Source: Utricularia gibba
Taxonomy: Eukaryota > Plantae > Magnoliophyta
NCBI GenBank assembly: GCA_002189035.1
Contig: NEEC01000002.1
Location: 4,030,001 to 4,094,000 of the forward strand
Direction: 5' to 3'
Length of the DNA: 64,000 nt
A program made the translations under genes and the position numbers. Positions 12,693 through 25,980 of the stretch are shown here, one piece after another; the first letter of the stretch is position 1; the number at the start of each line of letters is the position of its first letter. The notes below the pieces were generated by a model, which searched no databases, was not told the origin of the DNA, and worked only from the letters and a program-made list of their open reading frames with translations.

Positions 12693-13513
12693 GAACAGCC
12701 GAGGATGGTGGCAACTCAGAAACCAAGGACCGAGGGTCGACGAAAAAATAGAAAAGTCGGCTGGGGCAACGAATCGAGGATTTAACTTAGCGATTGATTA
12801 CTTGAAGAAATGAGAGTAAAAAAAAAAAAAAAAAAAAAGAAAGAAAAAGGCATTCGAACACCGGGTCCCACAAGGACAAACGATTCTCCAACGGTTCCAT
12901 TCATTAATAGCCAGCCGTTTGTTGCACTTCAAAAAGGAATAAACAAATAGCGGCAGTTGTACTCCGGGACTAGCGTTACGATACTGGAAGGACAATAATG
13001 TCCAAAAGCCACAAGTCGTAGATGCGGTGTCGGCAGATGTACAGGATCCGGGGACTGGCCGCCTGATTCAGCAAGAAAAACCAGGTGGTCCCTCCTGTTC
13101 CTTTCCATCCAAAAATTTTGCAATACACTTGCATAAAAAATAAAGCAAATCACTTGAGTTACGTATTTCTAACTCTCATTTTGGAAGTATCCTCCGCAAA
13201 TGGACATTTGGATCGCACCCATATAATATAATAGTTTATAATATCTCATATTTCTATATTTTATATGCATGACAAAAATTTTGATCAAGTAAAACATTAC
13301 ACATTAAATACCCCTCTGTTTACTCAAAACATAAGTTTATTCCTAAGTTGATTTTTTATGATGTAACAAAACATAACAAAACCCAAGTGAGATGGCTACA
13401 ACCACCCATGAACTATACCATAAAAGCAGTTTGTGAACTCCAAAAGATTTTTTTGACAAACATATTACTAACCAGAGCAAAGTTGATATATACCCTTTCT
13501 TTCTTGAGGCACC

Positions 13514-14635
13514 TGATAAACGAAAAATTGTGCAAGTCGTTAATTGCAAATTTTCCTATCAAATAAATTTATAATCTAACCCACATTCAAGCATAAAACA
13601 ATTATGAGCATAGTGATTAGGGTCGAACACGAAGAGCAGGTGCTTGCTATGTGAAAGTTGACGCACGAAACTAGTGTCACGTTGGTAAAATTGGTCTTAG
13701 CTAGGACTAAGGCAGAACTAAAACGAAATACAGTAAATAAAAATAACAAGTTCTAGAGTTCGGTTGTTTTTGGAATGGAATGGGTGATGCCTTGGGACTC
13801 CTAAGGGATGTATGCTCATCACTAAACAAACTCACACAAACCACAAATCATACAACTAACTCACAAGATCTAGATCTACCCGGATTCTTGTTTTTTCCCC
13901 TAATCTTTGGTCTAAGTAGGGTTGTTAAGTTGGGTTTCACTACTTCCCCCTCCTGGATCTATCTTGGTTTGTTAAGGAAGTGGCGTGACTCATGGCTGTT
14001 TAGATCTAAAGGTTGATTAACATGTTTCTCCCCTTTTTACCCCAAGACACCCCCCTAAGTACTTAGCCACTCATGCTTAAGGTAAATGAAAGTGGAAAAG
14101 AAAACATCACCCACAGTGTGCTCATTTCACAGTCAAATACCAGAAAGCAAACAAGCAATTAATGTGAAGTGTAAAAAAAAACTAAAAAACATCACTAACT
14201 ACTCTTAGCTAAGAGTAATATTCTTCGAAGACAGAAAATAATCTTGAACTTCAGCTTCGTTCCTGTTTGTCTTCCTTCTTCTTCCTCCCCAGAAGACCTT
14301 CCTAGAAATTGTGTTCATGAGTCTCCAAGGGGAGATCTGCTTCTCTCTCCACCTTTCCTCCCTTTTTGTCCAAAATCTCTATTTTTCATCTCCTTGGACT
14401 TTGTGTGTACTCTTTTTCAGACTTCTGTCACCTTCTCTGCCACCACACTGTTCATACTTGACTCCTTGGGATTTGTGTTGCGACCCATACTGCATTGCTC
14501 GAAAGTAACTAAGACAAAAAGTGCACTTCTACGGTACTTATGTGCAAAAATATAGAAACAGGCAATTAAGCTTAATTTTTGTAGCATAAAATGAGTAAAT
14601 TCCATGCATTGAGACACTTAAAAATATGTGTTATC
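13514..14635 (-). mobile_element. Solo LTR (Gypsy, Athila-like; family A), 1122 bp
   Basis: Termini TGATAA...TTATCA, perfect 5-bp TSD GCACC (13509-13513 and 14636-14640). LTR 3'-end motif CTCTTCGTGTTCGACCC on the minus strand. Homologous partial copies at 29401 and 40488. Confidence 0.92.
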
Positions 14636-15884
14636 AGCACCACATTGTAATTAGCTACTCATGATGAAGTTAAATAAATTAAAAATAGAACCCACTTCAT
14701 AGCTATTGTTACTAGCTAAATATGTTGAAAATAAACATAAATAGATTGTTCAAATGTATACAAAGTAAAATAAATAGATTGTTCCCAATTGGGAATAATA
14801 TCTATTTCAAAGTGGTTTTTTTGTGTATCCACTGAAATGAAAATGTTTCTTCTCAAATATAACTCTAATACCAAATATCACGACTCATGCTCTCTTTATA
14901 CAATAATGTAAGCTTTAAACATTCAATGTATGAAGGGAGCATTCTAAATACCTTATCACCCATTTGTGCATTGAGGTTTGAACTTGATGATTTTCCAAAC
15001 ATCTTAAATTGTGTTGTCACAACAAAGCATAAAGTCTCAACTTTTTTGAAACACATATAATAGTTTGTAAAACATTTAAGTTATGTTGACAACCTACAAC
15101 ATGATAAGAAAAAAAAATCAAATGAGGTTCTATGTGGCAACCCCTGATTAGATGCAAAGGCCCCATATAGCCATCTTTTCCATAAAAATTTGTATGCATT
15201 AAAACAATACTTATAGTTGTTTTTTTACAATCCTTCTCCTAAAGCAACTTCCTTGAGAGTTGGGAGGAGTCCAATATAGTAAGGAGCTATTGAAGAAGAT
15301 GGCACTTCCCTACAAATCTCAAATCTCAGAGAACCTTGTACTTATAGAATGAAAGGAGAAATGATATCTAACTCACTACCCAAAAGATGAAAGGGTAGAT
15401 CTATAGGCTTACTCCTAGGGGCAAGCACTTGTTCGTCGCACGCCAGTGATCATCTGAAAAATCTATAAGTACTTAATAGCCCCTAATGCCAATAAACTCA
15501 CATATAAATACATTCTCATAATTATATGATATTAAGATAAATTTAATTTCTTTAATTACAAGATTTGAAACATAAAATATCTATATGAAATTAAAATTTC
15601 TTTAATTTCCAATTTTCATTATTCAGCAGAATTCAGTCATGCATTCTAATACTAATTTAATTACCATTAAACTTAAAGTACTTTAAAAAAGTTCAATAGC
15701 AAAATAAGTATTTTTTAATCCCGAATTATCACTAGCTTTTGAACATCCATCATGACAGGGATTATAACTTTGTCATTCTTTGTCTTGGACACATGAATGT
15801 GTTGCCGCCCACATCTTAGTGTTCTATATTTAACTATAACCCTTGATTTATAAATTATAAATATTAAGTTTTTTTCATATAATT

Positions 15885-17011
15885 TGATAATTGATTTTCT
15901 GTTACTTATATTTATGTTTTTTAGGATTTACTTAAATGAGTTTTGCATTCTTTTTATCCCATTTTTCTTATGTTTTTAGAAGAATTTTATATTTTTCATA
16001 CCATTTTGATCTTTTTGGAGGTAAAGTGTGTTTTGTGATTTTTCAGGACGAATTTGAAATAATTTGGAAGATTTTCGAGTTGACCTTGGTGGGGGGCAAA
16101 GATTCGGTCTATCCAGACGAAGACTCGGTCAAAAATTCTCGGATAAGATAAAATTCGCATCTTATCTTAGAAAATTTGGATCTTATCTTAGAAGATTTAT
16201 ATCAAATCTTACAAAATCCGGATAGAAGATTTGATGTGAGTCCATCAAGAAAGCCTGACAAGTCCCCACCATTATATAAAGATTCAAACGCGAAGATCAA
16301 AGGAGTTAGTCAAAAAAGGGGACGACCAGAGAGTCAATTTAGGGTTTAGAGTCGAGCATGTGCATGTGAGTGCTTGCGGCTGAGGATTTGCTGTGAAGCT
16401 TTGATTGCGCAAGTTCTACGCGCGTGACTGTCTTACTATGTTTTTCAGCATTTAATTTGAGAATTGATTCTTTTTTTCGCAACGTTTTCTTTATCAACAT
16501 GATGTTTAGTATCATATAACCCTAAAGGAGTGTGGGAGAATCAAAGATTGGCCTCAAGCACCAAGGGCTCAATCAGACATCGTTGGTAAGACACATTCTG
16601 TTTAATCTGTCTACGAGGTGAGAGGTGTAGGAGTTAGATTTGGGTGTGGGGAAAACATGAGTTATCACAAGGGGTGAAATGACTCTAGTGGTGTGGTTGA
16701 TTCTATAATCCCACAAAACAAGGGATGGTGCTATAACGGTCATTGAGTAGCACTATTTTAGCATAATACCTCCAAAACTTGCGCAAGCAGGTCAGTTCTC
16801 AAAGGTTGCACACACGTAAGGGCGAGTTTCAAGTAAGATGGATCTTAGATCCAAGACCACTTTTCTTGTTGTCTTCAAAACCAAATTTTTCTTTTGCTTT
16901 CAGTCTTTTTAAGTCTTCGTTTTGAAAAGAAAATTTCAATAACAATTCTCTGTGGATACGATCTTATTTTATTACTTCGATGGTTTTTGTGCACTTGCAA
17001 AATTACCATCA
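15885..17011 (+). mobile_element. Solo LTR (Gypsy-type; family B), 1127 bp
   Basis: TGATAA...ACCATCA with perfect TSD TAATT (15880-15884 and 17012-17016). Homologous to 60669-61437. 3' motif TCTCTGTGGATACGATC. Confidence 0.92.
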
Positions 17012-18428
17012 TAATTTTATTAATCTCAATTACCTATTTAACTTTTTTCACAATGGCTAAATACCAATCCTTTTATTCAGTTCAAATCATCAACATCACT
17101 CTTGAGGTTACAACGTGGGAATGCTTGTATACCTAATTTATGCAGAGTGGGTGCCAAATGTGTCCGAAGAAGAAGAGCAAATATTCTTACTAATGTCATG
17201 ATAACTTGATCCATTAATAATTGCAAAATCATCTCCAAATTCAAATGCATTCATATCCAGCTCCATGTTCAAGTTGTCATGTATAAGTTTGGCAAGTCCC
17301 GCAAAACTTAACATTCATCAGTCCGAAATTCTTTATCATTACACTCTAAGTTGGCATCAAAATTTGCCTCATCATCCATGTTTTCGTATGAAATAATATT
17401 TGCATCTAAATCTGTCCACATTTATTGAAAAGCTACATCAACTTTCAAACGTAATGTCAAATTGAAGACATCATTTAATAATTTCTCATTCACAAATTCA
17501 TCATCCTCATCTACTACATATTTATATACTATATCAACAAAAATTTCAATTGGTTACAATTCAAGTAGGTGTTATTATACATATTTATAATCATCATCAA
17601 CCAGCAAATTATATAAATTTTTACTTATATTTATGCATTTCATAAAAACTCTAAATGTTCCAAAAATCCCTAAATCTAAAACCAATCTAACAAGTATATT
17701 ATGTATAAATTTAGAAACCTCAGACAATCCCACCAAATGTTGTATGCCATTAACGTAAAAATTTAATTGAAGATATACTTTATCGTCAACTTGAAGTCTG
17801 AACATAAAAGTCCAACTTTGATTCCTTGGCATTCTCAATGCAATGCTTCTTCATAGCTAAATGAAAAAAATCTGGTGCAAAAACACTGTTTATACAAAAA
17901 AGCAAATTGAAATTAATGTGTATTTTTTTATTAATAAATAGAGTTATATTTTGATTAAACCAATCTAACCACATGTTTATACAAATAAAATAAACTGGTT
18001 TTTCTGTTTCAACTAATAGTGAAAGGCGTTTTATACATTTAATGAAAGGCGTTTTATACATTTAATATTTTTAGTAAAATAAAAAGACTTTAATGTTAAA
18101 AATGAAAACGAATGATATATTTATTGACTTTTATAAAATTCTCCCAATTTTAATCCATATACCGAACATATATACTTTTTATATCTATAACCCTCGTACC
18201 AAACCGACCTAATCTAGTGGATCTGGTAATAACTAACTCGTTTTGGCGGCGGAGGAACTGGATCGAAATATTTCATATTTCACAAAGAAACAGAATTGCC
18301 CTGACTCATGCAGGATCTGTTTTGGCTTTTTGCATGAGCCACAGGAATACAGTTACTTCTACCCCATCCCCCATCGGTGCCGTCCCTATCTCTCATAAAA
18401 ATTGTAGCAATTGCCGCTTCCGGGAGTT

Positions 18429-21232
18429 TCAAGAGACACTGATGACAGCCCGCTTCTTTGATTTCCCTCTCACCGAATCCTTTCTTTTCCTCTTCTTTAT
18501 TTCCTTTTGTACCGACTTGTTCACTTGCGACGGCTGCTGCTTCAATGCGAAGCTCTTGGCAACATGCCCCAAATGAAGTTTTTTAACCATAAATATCCGT
18601 TTCAGCTCTCCACGATGAGCAGTATATGCACGAACCCAAGAGCAGAACGCAGCTCTCGCCAACTTGTTCATGCTAGGCTGGGGAATATTTTGCAATCGCC
18701 GTCAGCAATGTGGTATCTTAATAAATGAACTAGACATAAAAAAATGTGAGATGACGCTAAACGTACCACTGTTGAAATGAAGGATTCCAGTGCCCTTTGC
18801 AGAGCAAGCAACCAAGGATGTGATATAAAAATGTCCGTCTGGTGCCCTTGACTGTGAAATCCGAAGCTATTCAGTAGCTTCAGAATGGGGTACTCGGTCA
18901 ATACCACCCATGTTTTTCGAGGTCCTTCAGATACTCCGTCTCAACTGGTTGTAGGAAAAGTAAAGAATCTCCCTTGTGGTCCAGCCTGGCTGTTCTCCCA
19001 ACTCTTTAAGGAAGCAAATCCGCAGGATCATAATAAATTTTAGAAATGCGTAATTTAAATATAAAACAATAGACATCAAATCAAAAGGCCACAACGATCT
19101 TGTGTAGCAATAATTCCTGTCAAACATGTTGTTTGGCACCTGCGAAAACAATTTACCTGTGGACATAGTCGGATGCTTCTCCTGGAGGATCGTACTGAAT
19201 GATGCATCTGACTTTTGGGAAATCCAGGCCTCTTGCGCAAACATCTGTGGATAAAAGAAGAGCAGATTTTTCTGTTTTAAATGTCAGGAAGGTTGCTTTA
19301 CGATCCTCCTGGTTCATCTTTCCATGCAGTCGCAAGGCCTTGCATCTCAGAAACATTTCCTTCTCAGTTTCACTTGATGAACCGGAAGCCCAACGAAACC
19401 CAGTGAGAATAGAATAATGGAGATCCACCGAGTCACATGTCGAAAAGAAAACCACAATCTGTAGAGAAGAAACATGTTAAGAAAAAAGCCGCATCTGCCA
19501 AACATTTGGCCCTTATGAGTAGCCATTTCTTAGGTGAAGGTACTCAGGACTATAAGGGAAGAAAACAATCCCAATGGATGATGACGACTTCCTAGCATTA
19601 AAGACTTATGCTGAAAATGCAGACAAACCTTCTGAGTGACCTCTCTCTCAAAGAGGTGCCTTAAAATGGATAGGAGCACCGCAAGCCGAGCACTGCATGG
19701 GACTAACAAGAGAATGACTTTAGAATATCAGGACAACAAGAAATGGGTAACATAAAGTACAGTGATTCACACCACACCTTTGATAAACGTCTGCATAAGT
19801 TGAGATGGAATGCTGTATTCCTCCAGCGAAGAACTTGACATTTTTCCATCGTTTTCCACAACATCAAGCACGTCACATTCATGAGACGACAGATATCCAG
19901 TTGTTTTTTTGCCCTCAAGACCAATCATCACAGGGTTCTCTAAACTAATCCTAGCAAGATGATTTACTCTGTCATTCAGTGTAGCTGATAGAAGTAGATG
20001 TTGCCTCTGTACTTCAAAAGCCGACAAATTTCCGGCGGAAGCTGGCCGATGCTGTCCGGACTGTAGAAAATTAAGAATCTCTTCTATGTCCTTTCCATAG
20101 CCAAGCTCCAGAATACTAGTATGTAAAGAAACCCGTTAAGGAATGAGCACTCGTAAACATGGCTGCAGAATAGAAACAAGGCATACCTATCAGCTTCATC
20201 AAATATTACCCAGCGAAGTTTTGAATGTATAAATGATGAAGTGTTCTTTAAGTGGTCCAGAAGACGCCCAGGTGTTGCAACAAGAATAGATATGCCTGAA
20301 AACAATCCAAGTTAGGCTTAACAGCAGCCTACTTAAAATGTAAATTAAAACAGCTTTTAGAAGTCATCTGCACAGACTTGATAAAATTGAAAATAAAACA
20401 AGGAAACCACACAGTGATTCCCTTAGCCACTGTATTAAATCCATGCATCACAAAAAAAGGTAAGCCACCTTTCCGTAACCTAGACTTCTCCTTTGCTCTG
20501 TTTTCGCCACCCATTATGTACCCAGGAACAATCCAATGAAACCGGTGCAGTAGTTTCTGCAAAATTTCATACACCTGCATGCATAATTCGCGCGTTGGTA
20601 CAAGAACCAGCGCTGTGATGAAGATTAAATCATATCAGAGTAGGTCTTGCATGTGAAATATACCAGAAAAACATATACGAGTGTAAAATGCATAAAAAAA
20701 CAAATAGTCAACTGGCTCCGTATTTATTATGAAACCGAAGCAACCATCGTGAAGAAACATACCCAAAGTACCATCCGACCGCTGAATTCGTTGATCAAAC
20801 CCTTGCAGCAGATGAATAATTGGAGCCAAATACGCCACTGTTTTTCCGGTACCGGTTGGTGCATTAACCAGCCTGATTTTCAAATTCCCAACATCTCGTG
20901 AGAATGTATAAAATTAAAAATCCCAACATTGTTCTAGGAAAAAAATCAGAGAGACTTGACAGAAAGGAAAACTACACGTGGCGGCCTGACAGCACAACAG
21001 GAATGACCTCCGCCTGGACAGCCGTCGGTGCCCCGAACCCCAAACGTTCTGCCTTACATTGAAAAAAGAAAGCAAAATCAGTACTGGTAAGTATGCAATT
21101 CATGAACTTGAAAACGAAGAAGCATAAACAGTCGATGCCTTTAAGCTGATCGCATAGAATTTGGTGGAGTCCAAGGTCTAAAAAGGAGCAATGAGCGAAC
21201 ATCTTGGTTGCAGCCCTGCTCTCAGAACTCAT
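18429..21232 (-). CDS. RH17: DEAD-box ATP-dependent RNA helicase 17 (DBP7/DDX31-like), ~576 aa, apparent 1-bp deletion in exon 9
   Basis: Exons 21232-21139, 21048-20976, 20872-20763, 20612-20469, 20295-20187, 20115-19778, 19702-19629, 19458-19157, 19003-18767 and 18677-18429. Motifs: Q-motif [61 protein letters not shown]-terminal [12 protein letters not shown]. Confidence 0.93.
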
Positions 21233-21311
21233 TCTCGCGATGAACTTAGAATCACGTCAACTTTCCAATACGCGAGTCCTGGTGCAGAGCTAATTACGAA
21301 GACGCTCGTCC

Positions 21312-21424
21312 TAGGGTTTATTCAGCAAAAGAAATTTGATTACTGCATGGGCTTGGACTTTCTTAAAGTGAAAATGTTGGGCTTTTTGATGAGTTGAATC
21401 AATCTTTTGTTTCTATAAAGCCCA
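21312..21424. promoter_or_regulatory. Telo-box plus three site II motifs upstream of RH17
   Basis: TAGGGTTT (AAACCCTA on the gene strand) at 21312-21319; TGGGCT at 21348 and 21378; AGCCCA at 21419-21424. This combination is typical of plant ribosome-biogenesis and translation gene promoters. Confidence 0.7.
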
Positions 21425-22056
21425 AATCTAGCGACTAGTCTATATTCGAACAACCGAAATCGAAAAATTCGACATTTGCATTACATTCCAACAATTTTGT
21501 TGAAGTTGCTGCCTGAGACAGTCTGCCTCACAGAAGGTAAGGTATGCTGCCCCTCACGTAATTTACATCACTACATTTTCAGTCCACCCCAGCACAAAAA
21601 AAAAACAAAAAAAAAAACACCATGTGACCGCATGGCATAACCCATAAATTAATCAGCCATTACCTCAAGTCCAAATACGTGAGTACTGTGGATTTTTTTA
21701 CAGAAGTGAAATTCCGGACTGGTGTTTAACCCTGCAGGGATCATGCTTTAGATCCTGTTTGGTATGATTGTTAAGGATACTTAACAATATGTTTTAAATA
21801 TTAATGTGTTTGTTAGCTATTATGAAGATTAACAACATCGTTTATTTTCATAAGTACGAAACAATTTTTGAAATATGAAGATTAACGTGTGGAGAGAGGG
21901 GGAAGGGAAAGGTTTAGATTTATAATTATAACTTTTTATTATTTTAAATTTATATTATCATTAAGACATACAGATGCGGATTTTGTATAAACCACATCAA
22001 TATTGCTTTTGATACACATACGTATATGGTTTATACATAAGACATGTTCAATATTT

Positions 22057-22060
<4 letters not shown>

Positions 22061-22094
<34 letters not shown>
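22061..22094. repeat. (TA)17 microsatellite
   Basis: Uninterrupted TA dinucleotide run. Confidence 0.95.
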
Positions 22095-22095
<1 letters not shown>

Positions 22096-22379
22096 GAAAA
22101 ATTAATTATTCGATTTCAATTCATTACAAAATTATATGTTTTTAAAAGAAAAATAAAAATTTAAAAATAATTAATTAAAATATTAAAAGTTCAATTAATT
22201 TATATTAATTGTAATTTTATATAAATAAAAATATAAAATTAAAATATCAATTATATAAGAATAAAAAAATAAAAGAAGGTTATTTAATCAACGTTTATCA
22301 AATAGGATCATATAGTCAATAAAAAATCCATCTAGAAGTAACATAAACAAATTAACTAAATCAAGTAACTATATTTCAC

Positions 22380-22745
22380 CTCTTGCAATACGAACAACCA
22401 TAATCTTGTGCTTCGGAACTGAATTATCTACAAAACAATTAAGAGTAACATTATTCCTAATAACAACTTACATTGCTTTTAATTTTCATATAGTTGATAA
22501 TGTAGTAGATTTCATATTATGGATCCAATCAATAGCTTATTTTTTCTTCTCCTACAACTTCTCCAACCGAAGCAGTTTGTCACAAGGTCTCATATGACAA
22601 AATTAGAATCTTCACTTAGTTATCAAAAAACAAAAGATTGATTCAACAAAATTTTCTTGAAGACATCCATTTTGAAATACATATAAGGATAAGCTTTTTT
22701 CCACTTCCAGAACAACTTGATGAAGGCTTGTTCTAAAGCAAATAG
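22380..22745 (-). mobile_element. Possible decayed RNase H-like (LINE-type) fragment
   Basis: Weak resemblance on the minus strand (FWKWKKAYPYMYFKMDV...KHKIMVVRIARG) with many stops. Motif match is poor. Confidence 0.25.
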
Positions 22746-23225
22746 ATACTTCAGCTTCTATCCATTCTCACAACACCATCCATTGATTGCTAACTCTCAA
22801 ACGCCCATTAAAGCAAATAGATATTACTTTAATGATATTATATCAAATACAAACTATTATAAACATCATTATCTCCTAAACGCCCATTTTTTCTTTTAGA
22901 GACAATGCACATCACCAAAAACACATGGTATAAACAAAGTGACCCTAAAATCTTTTCGATTGTTGTAAGGGAACCCTTGTTCGGGTCTCTGCAAGTTGCT
23001 GCTAAACCTTGCTGATCACCGCAGCCTAAAATCCGTTTTTGTTGAAAAGATAAAAATCCATATTCCTTAAACGACATTTTCTGCTGCCTGAAAAAGCTAA
23101 AATCCAGCTTTCTAGTTTAAACACCCAACGCAACATCAATACACCTCATCTGGCAAAGGCAAAGGACACAGCCCTAGTAAAGTCAAGGCCGTAGTACGGT
23201 AACAGAAATTCTTCCAAGTTCATGA

Positions 23226-24822
23226 CTAAGGACCTAATAACAACGGCGTATTCTTTTGCTCACCTGAAGATTTTGCATCAGGATTTCGATTTACAGCGAA
23301 TGCTCCTCTCAAAGCAGGTTCAAAATGGATGCTCGCAATATCAGGAGGTGGTGCATCGTCTCCAGGAAGAATAAGCAGCCCCTTCTCACCGAGGGGAGAA
23401 GGCTCGTTGTAGCAGCTTCTCCAGAGGGAGTCCACAAGTTGTCTTTCATCTCTGGCAGCAGACAGGTCCTCCATAGGCATCTCGCTGAACCCTTTGATCC
23501 TCTCCTCAAGAATTTTCTTCAACGAGTGTGCTTCTTCTGCAGAGCCGCCTTGAAACATGCTGGAAGCCTCTCTGGATAGTTCAAGGAGGCCCCTCAGTGC
23601 AGCTTCACGCACCTCAGCATCCTGGCTTGATGCGAGATGCATGAAAATGCGAGGGAATCCAAGCTCGGATATGATGCCATGGTCAGAGCGGTTCTCATGA
23701 AGCAAATACTCGACCAAGCTGATGGCCTTCCTGCAGAACGCATAATATTTGTTGGGATTTCTTTATATAAGATGAGAACTAGAAAAAGGAAACAAAAATG
23801 ATCAGTTACCTTTGAAATCTCACATTCTGTGTACTCAAAGCATCTCTTAGAGCCCCATACCCGTTAGCCAATCGAAATGCAGTAATTCCAGGCTTATTAT
23901 TCCTGATTAGAGCTGAAAACACAAATTAAATAAAATCATGGAACAAAAACAGTGTCATGGCAAGCAGATAGATACTCACAGGAGATTGCCCCCAAGGCTT
24001 TAGTACGAGCCACTGTATCAGAATCTGAAGTAAAATTAGAAAAAAGTGGTTCCAAGCCATTGGCCTCAAGTACCAACTGCTGACTCTTAGGGTTGTTTTG
24101 AACAATCGTGCTCACGACTTCCGCTGCTTTCGCCCTGATGCCAGGATTGGCATTCTTCAGGTGGCCAAGTAAAGGAGCGAGGCCCCCGATTGAGTGAAGG
24201 TCTGACAATTTTTTCATCAATTACATGTATGTGTATCAGACAGTAAGGATGTCATAGAAAACCTACGACCACTATTTGATAAACCACGTGCCAATGAATA
24301 TGGCTGAAGACTCACCATTAGCCATGTCAATGGACTCTACATGTTCCTGCAGCTCATCCAACATATCTGCAAGAAAGAAAAACGAATGAGGAATTCCTTA
24401 CGGAATCAAAATGATGGGAAAACACTAAATGAACGGTACCCTCAATATCTTGAGGTGTCACCCCTTGGGACACTAATACATGCTCCGGTGTCTTCATTAC
24501 AAGAGTAATCTCCTTCATTCTTTTAATAACATCAATGGACTGTTCTTGCATGGCTTCCATGAACCATCTTCTATCCTCCTCACTGGACCCAAAAGAAGAC
24601 TCAAAATCAGAAACATTCCTCATATGTATTAGATCACAAGATTTCAAGCAGTATGACCGCAAAGAGGCATTGCGGTCCCAGAATTGGTGACCCTAGCAGT
24701 TCAATATTTTCAACAGAAACTGAGAAATGATAATACCTCAATTCACGAGCAGTACTGGTGCCGTCAGAATGCGAGAGACTCCACTTCAGCAACCCATCCC
24801 AGTTAGGACCTTTCCCAGCCAT
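23226..24822 (-). CDS. FES1: Hsp70 nucleotide exchange factor FES1/HspBP1-like (armadillo repeat), 369 aa
   Basis: Exons 24822-24737, 24582-24440, 24366-24316, 24201-23980, 23912-23810 and 23730-23226, all GT-AG, 1110 nt, in frame. Motifs MAGKGPNWDGLLKWSLSHSDG, ESIDMANDLHSIGGL, IVQNNPKSQQLV, TKALGAIS; ends LLLGP. Confidence 0.95.
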
Positions 24823-24978
24823 TTAGTGCTTATACGGTGTACCAACAAACAAGTCTGGATTTACACCTACAAGAGAGATTCAATCCAATATTCAAGAGAA
24901 CACAAGGACGCCCAAGAGTCAATATATGCAGAAAATCAGTCGAATGGCACGGGTTCCTATGACTGCGTCGATTCACCG

Positions 24979-24993
24979 AGAAGTTTCCCGAAG
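24979..24993. promoter_or_regulatory. Perfect three-unit heat shock element upstream of FES1
   Basis: aGAAgtTTCccGAAg (nGAAnnTTCnnGAAn), ~160 bp upstream of the FES1 ATG. Consistent with heat-inducible FES1 genes. Confidence 0.75.
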
Positions 24994-25980
24994 CTACTGG
25001 AAGAACGGCGACAATCCTAATACAGGATAAAAAACTAAAAAAGAGAGGTGCGTGACCGATTCAACACCAGAGAGGACTCAGAGGAGAGGCGCAGTTGGGG
25101 GTGGATGTGACCTAGTGCCGTGGATGAACGATTGCGCTGACGGTTGAATCCAAATTATTTTTATAATATATTAAATTGAAATGCTAATTTATAATTATAT
25201 TTGAAAATATTTAAAAAAATTAAAAATTATTCTTTAAACATATAAAATTTATTCTTTGATTTATAATGAATTTGAATTTAATCAAATATATCATGAGATG
25301 GATATATGATTTTAAAACACATCAAACGAGTACATCTTGAATATTTTATTTCATTTATATGAATTTGAAAATGTGTTTTATAATAACAAATCCCAAAGGA
25401 ATAAGTGATAAAAATTTTAAATTATGTCAAAGAACTTATTGGTGAATATATCAATTATAAACACTAATCTAGGCACATTTCAACTTAATTTGTTGATTGA
25501 GCTATATAAGATATAGAAGTTGACATTGCATGTGATATAGTATGACTGTATGAGTTATTAATAAAAAATAAAAGTTTTTTTACTATTGGTGAATTACAAT
25601 CTACACGCAGACATTGTTATACATATAATACATCTAGTACTATTTCGACACAATACTCTTAAGATTCATTTGATTCATGATTTGGGAGGTGCAAATCAAA
25701 CAAGCAGTACTATTTAAGAAGACAAACCATGTTTTGTATGCCGATTTGGATTATTTGAATTTCATTTTAACTAGCGTTTGCATTATATATACATATATAT
25801 CTATATTAGACATGGACAAGTTTATGGGGATTATTTGAAGAAAATGACAATTATACTTCTCTTTTCCAAAAATATAAGATTTCTTTGGAAGTGATTCTCT
25901 TTTTAAAAAGAAATTTAAAAAAGTAAATTGATATCAAATAGTACAAACTTGTTCAATGGAAGGAGATGATGAATGTGCTA

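Noticed and set aside
18020-18066. Perfect 23-bp tandem duplication (GAAAGGCGTTTTATACATTTAAT x2)
   Set aside because: Ordinary slippage or repair duplication in intergenic DNA, with no sign of function.
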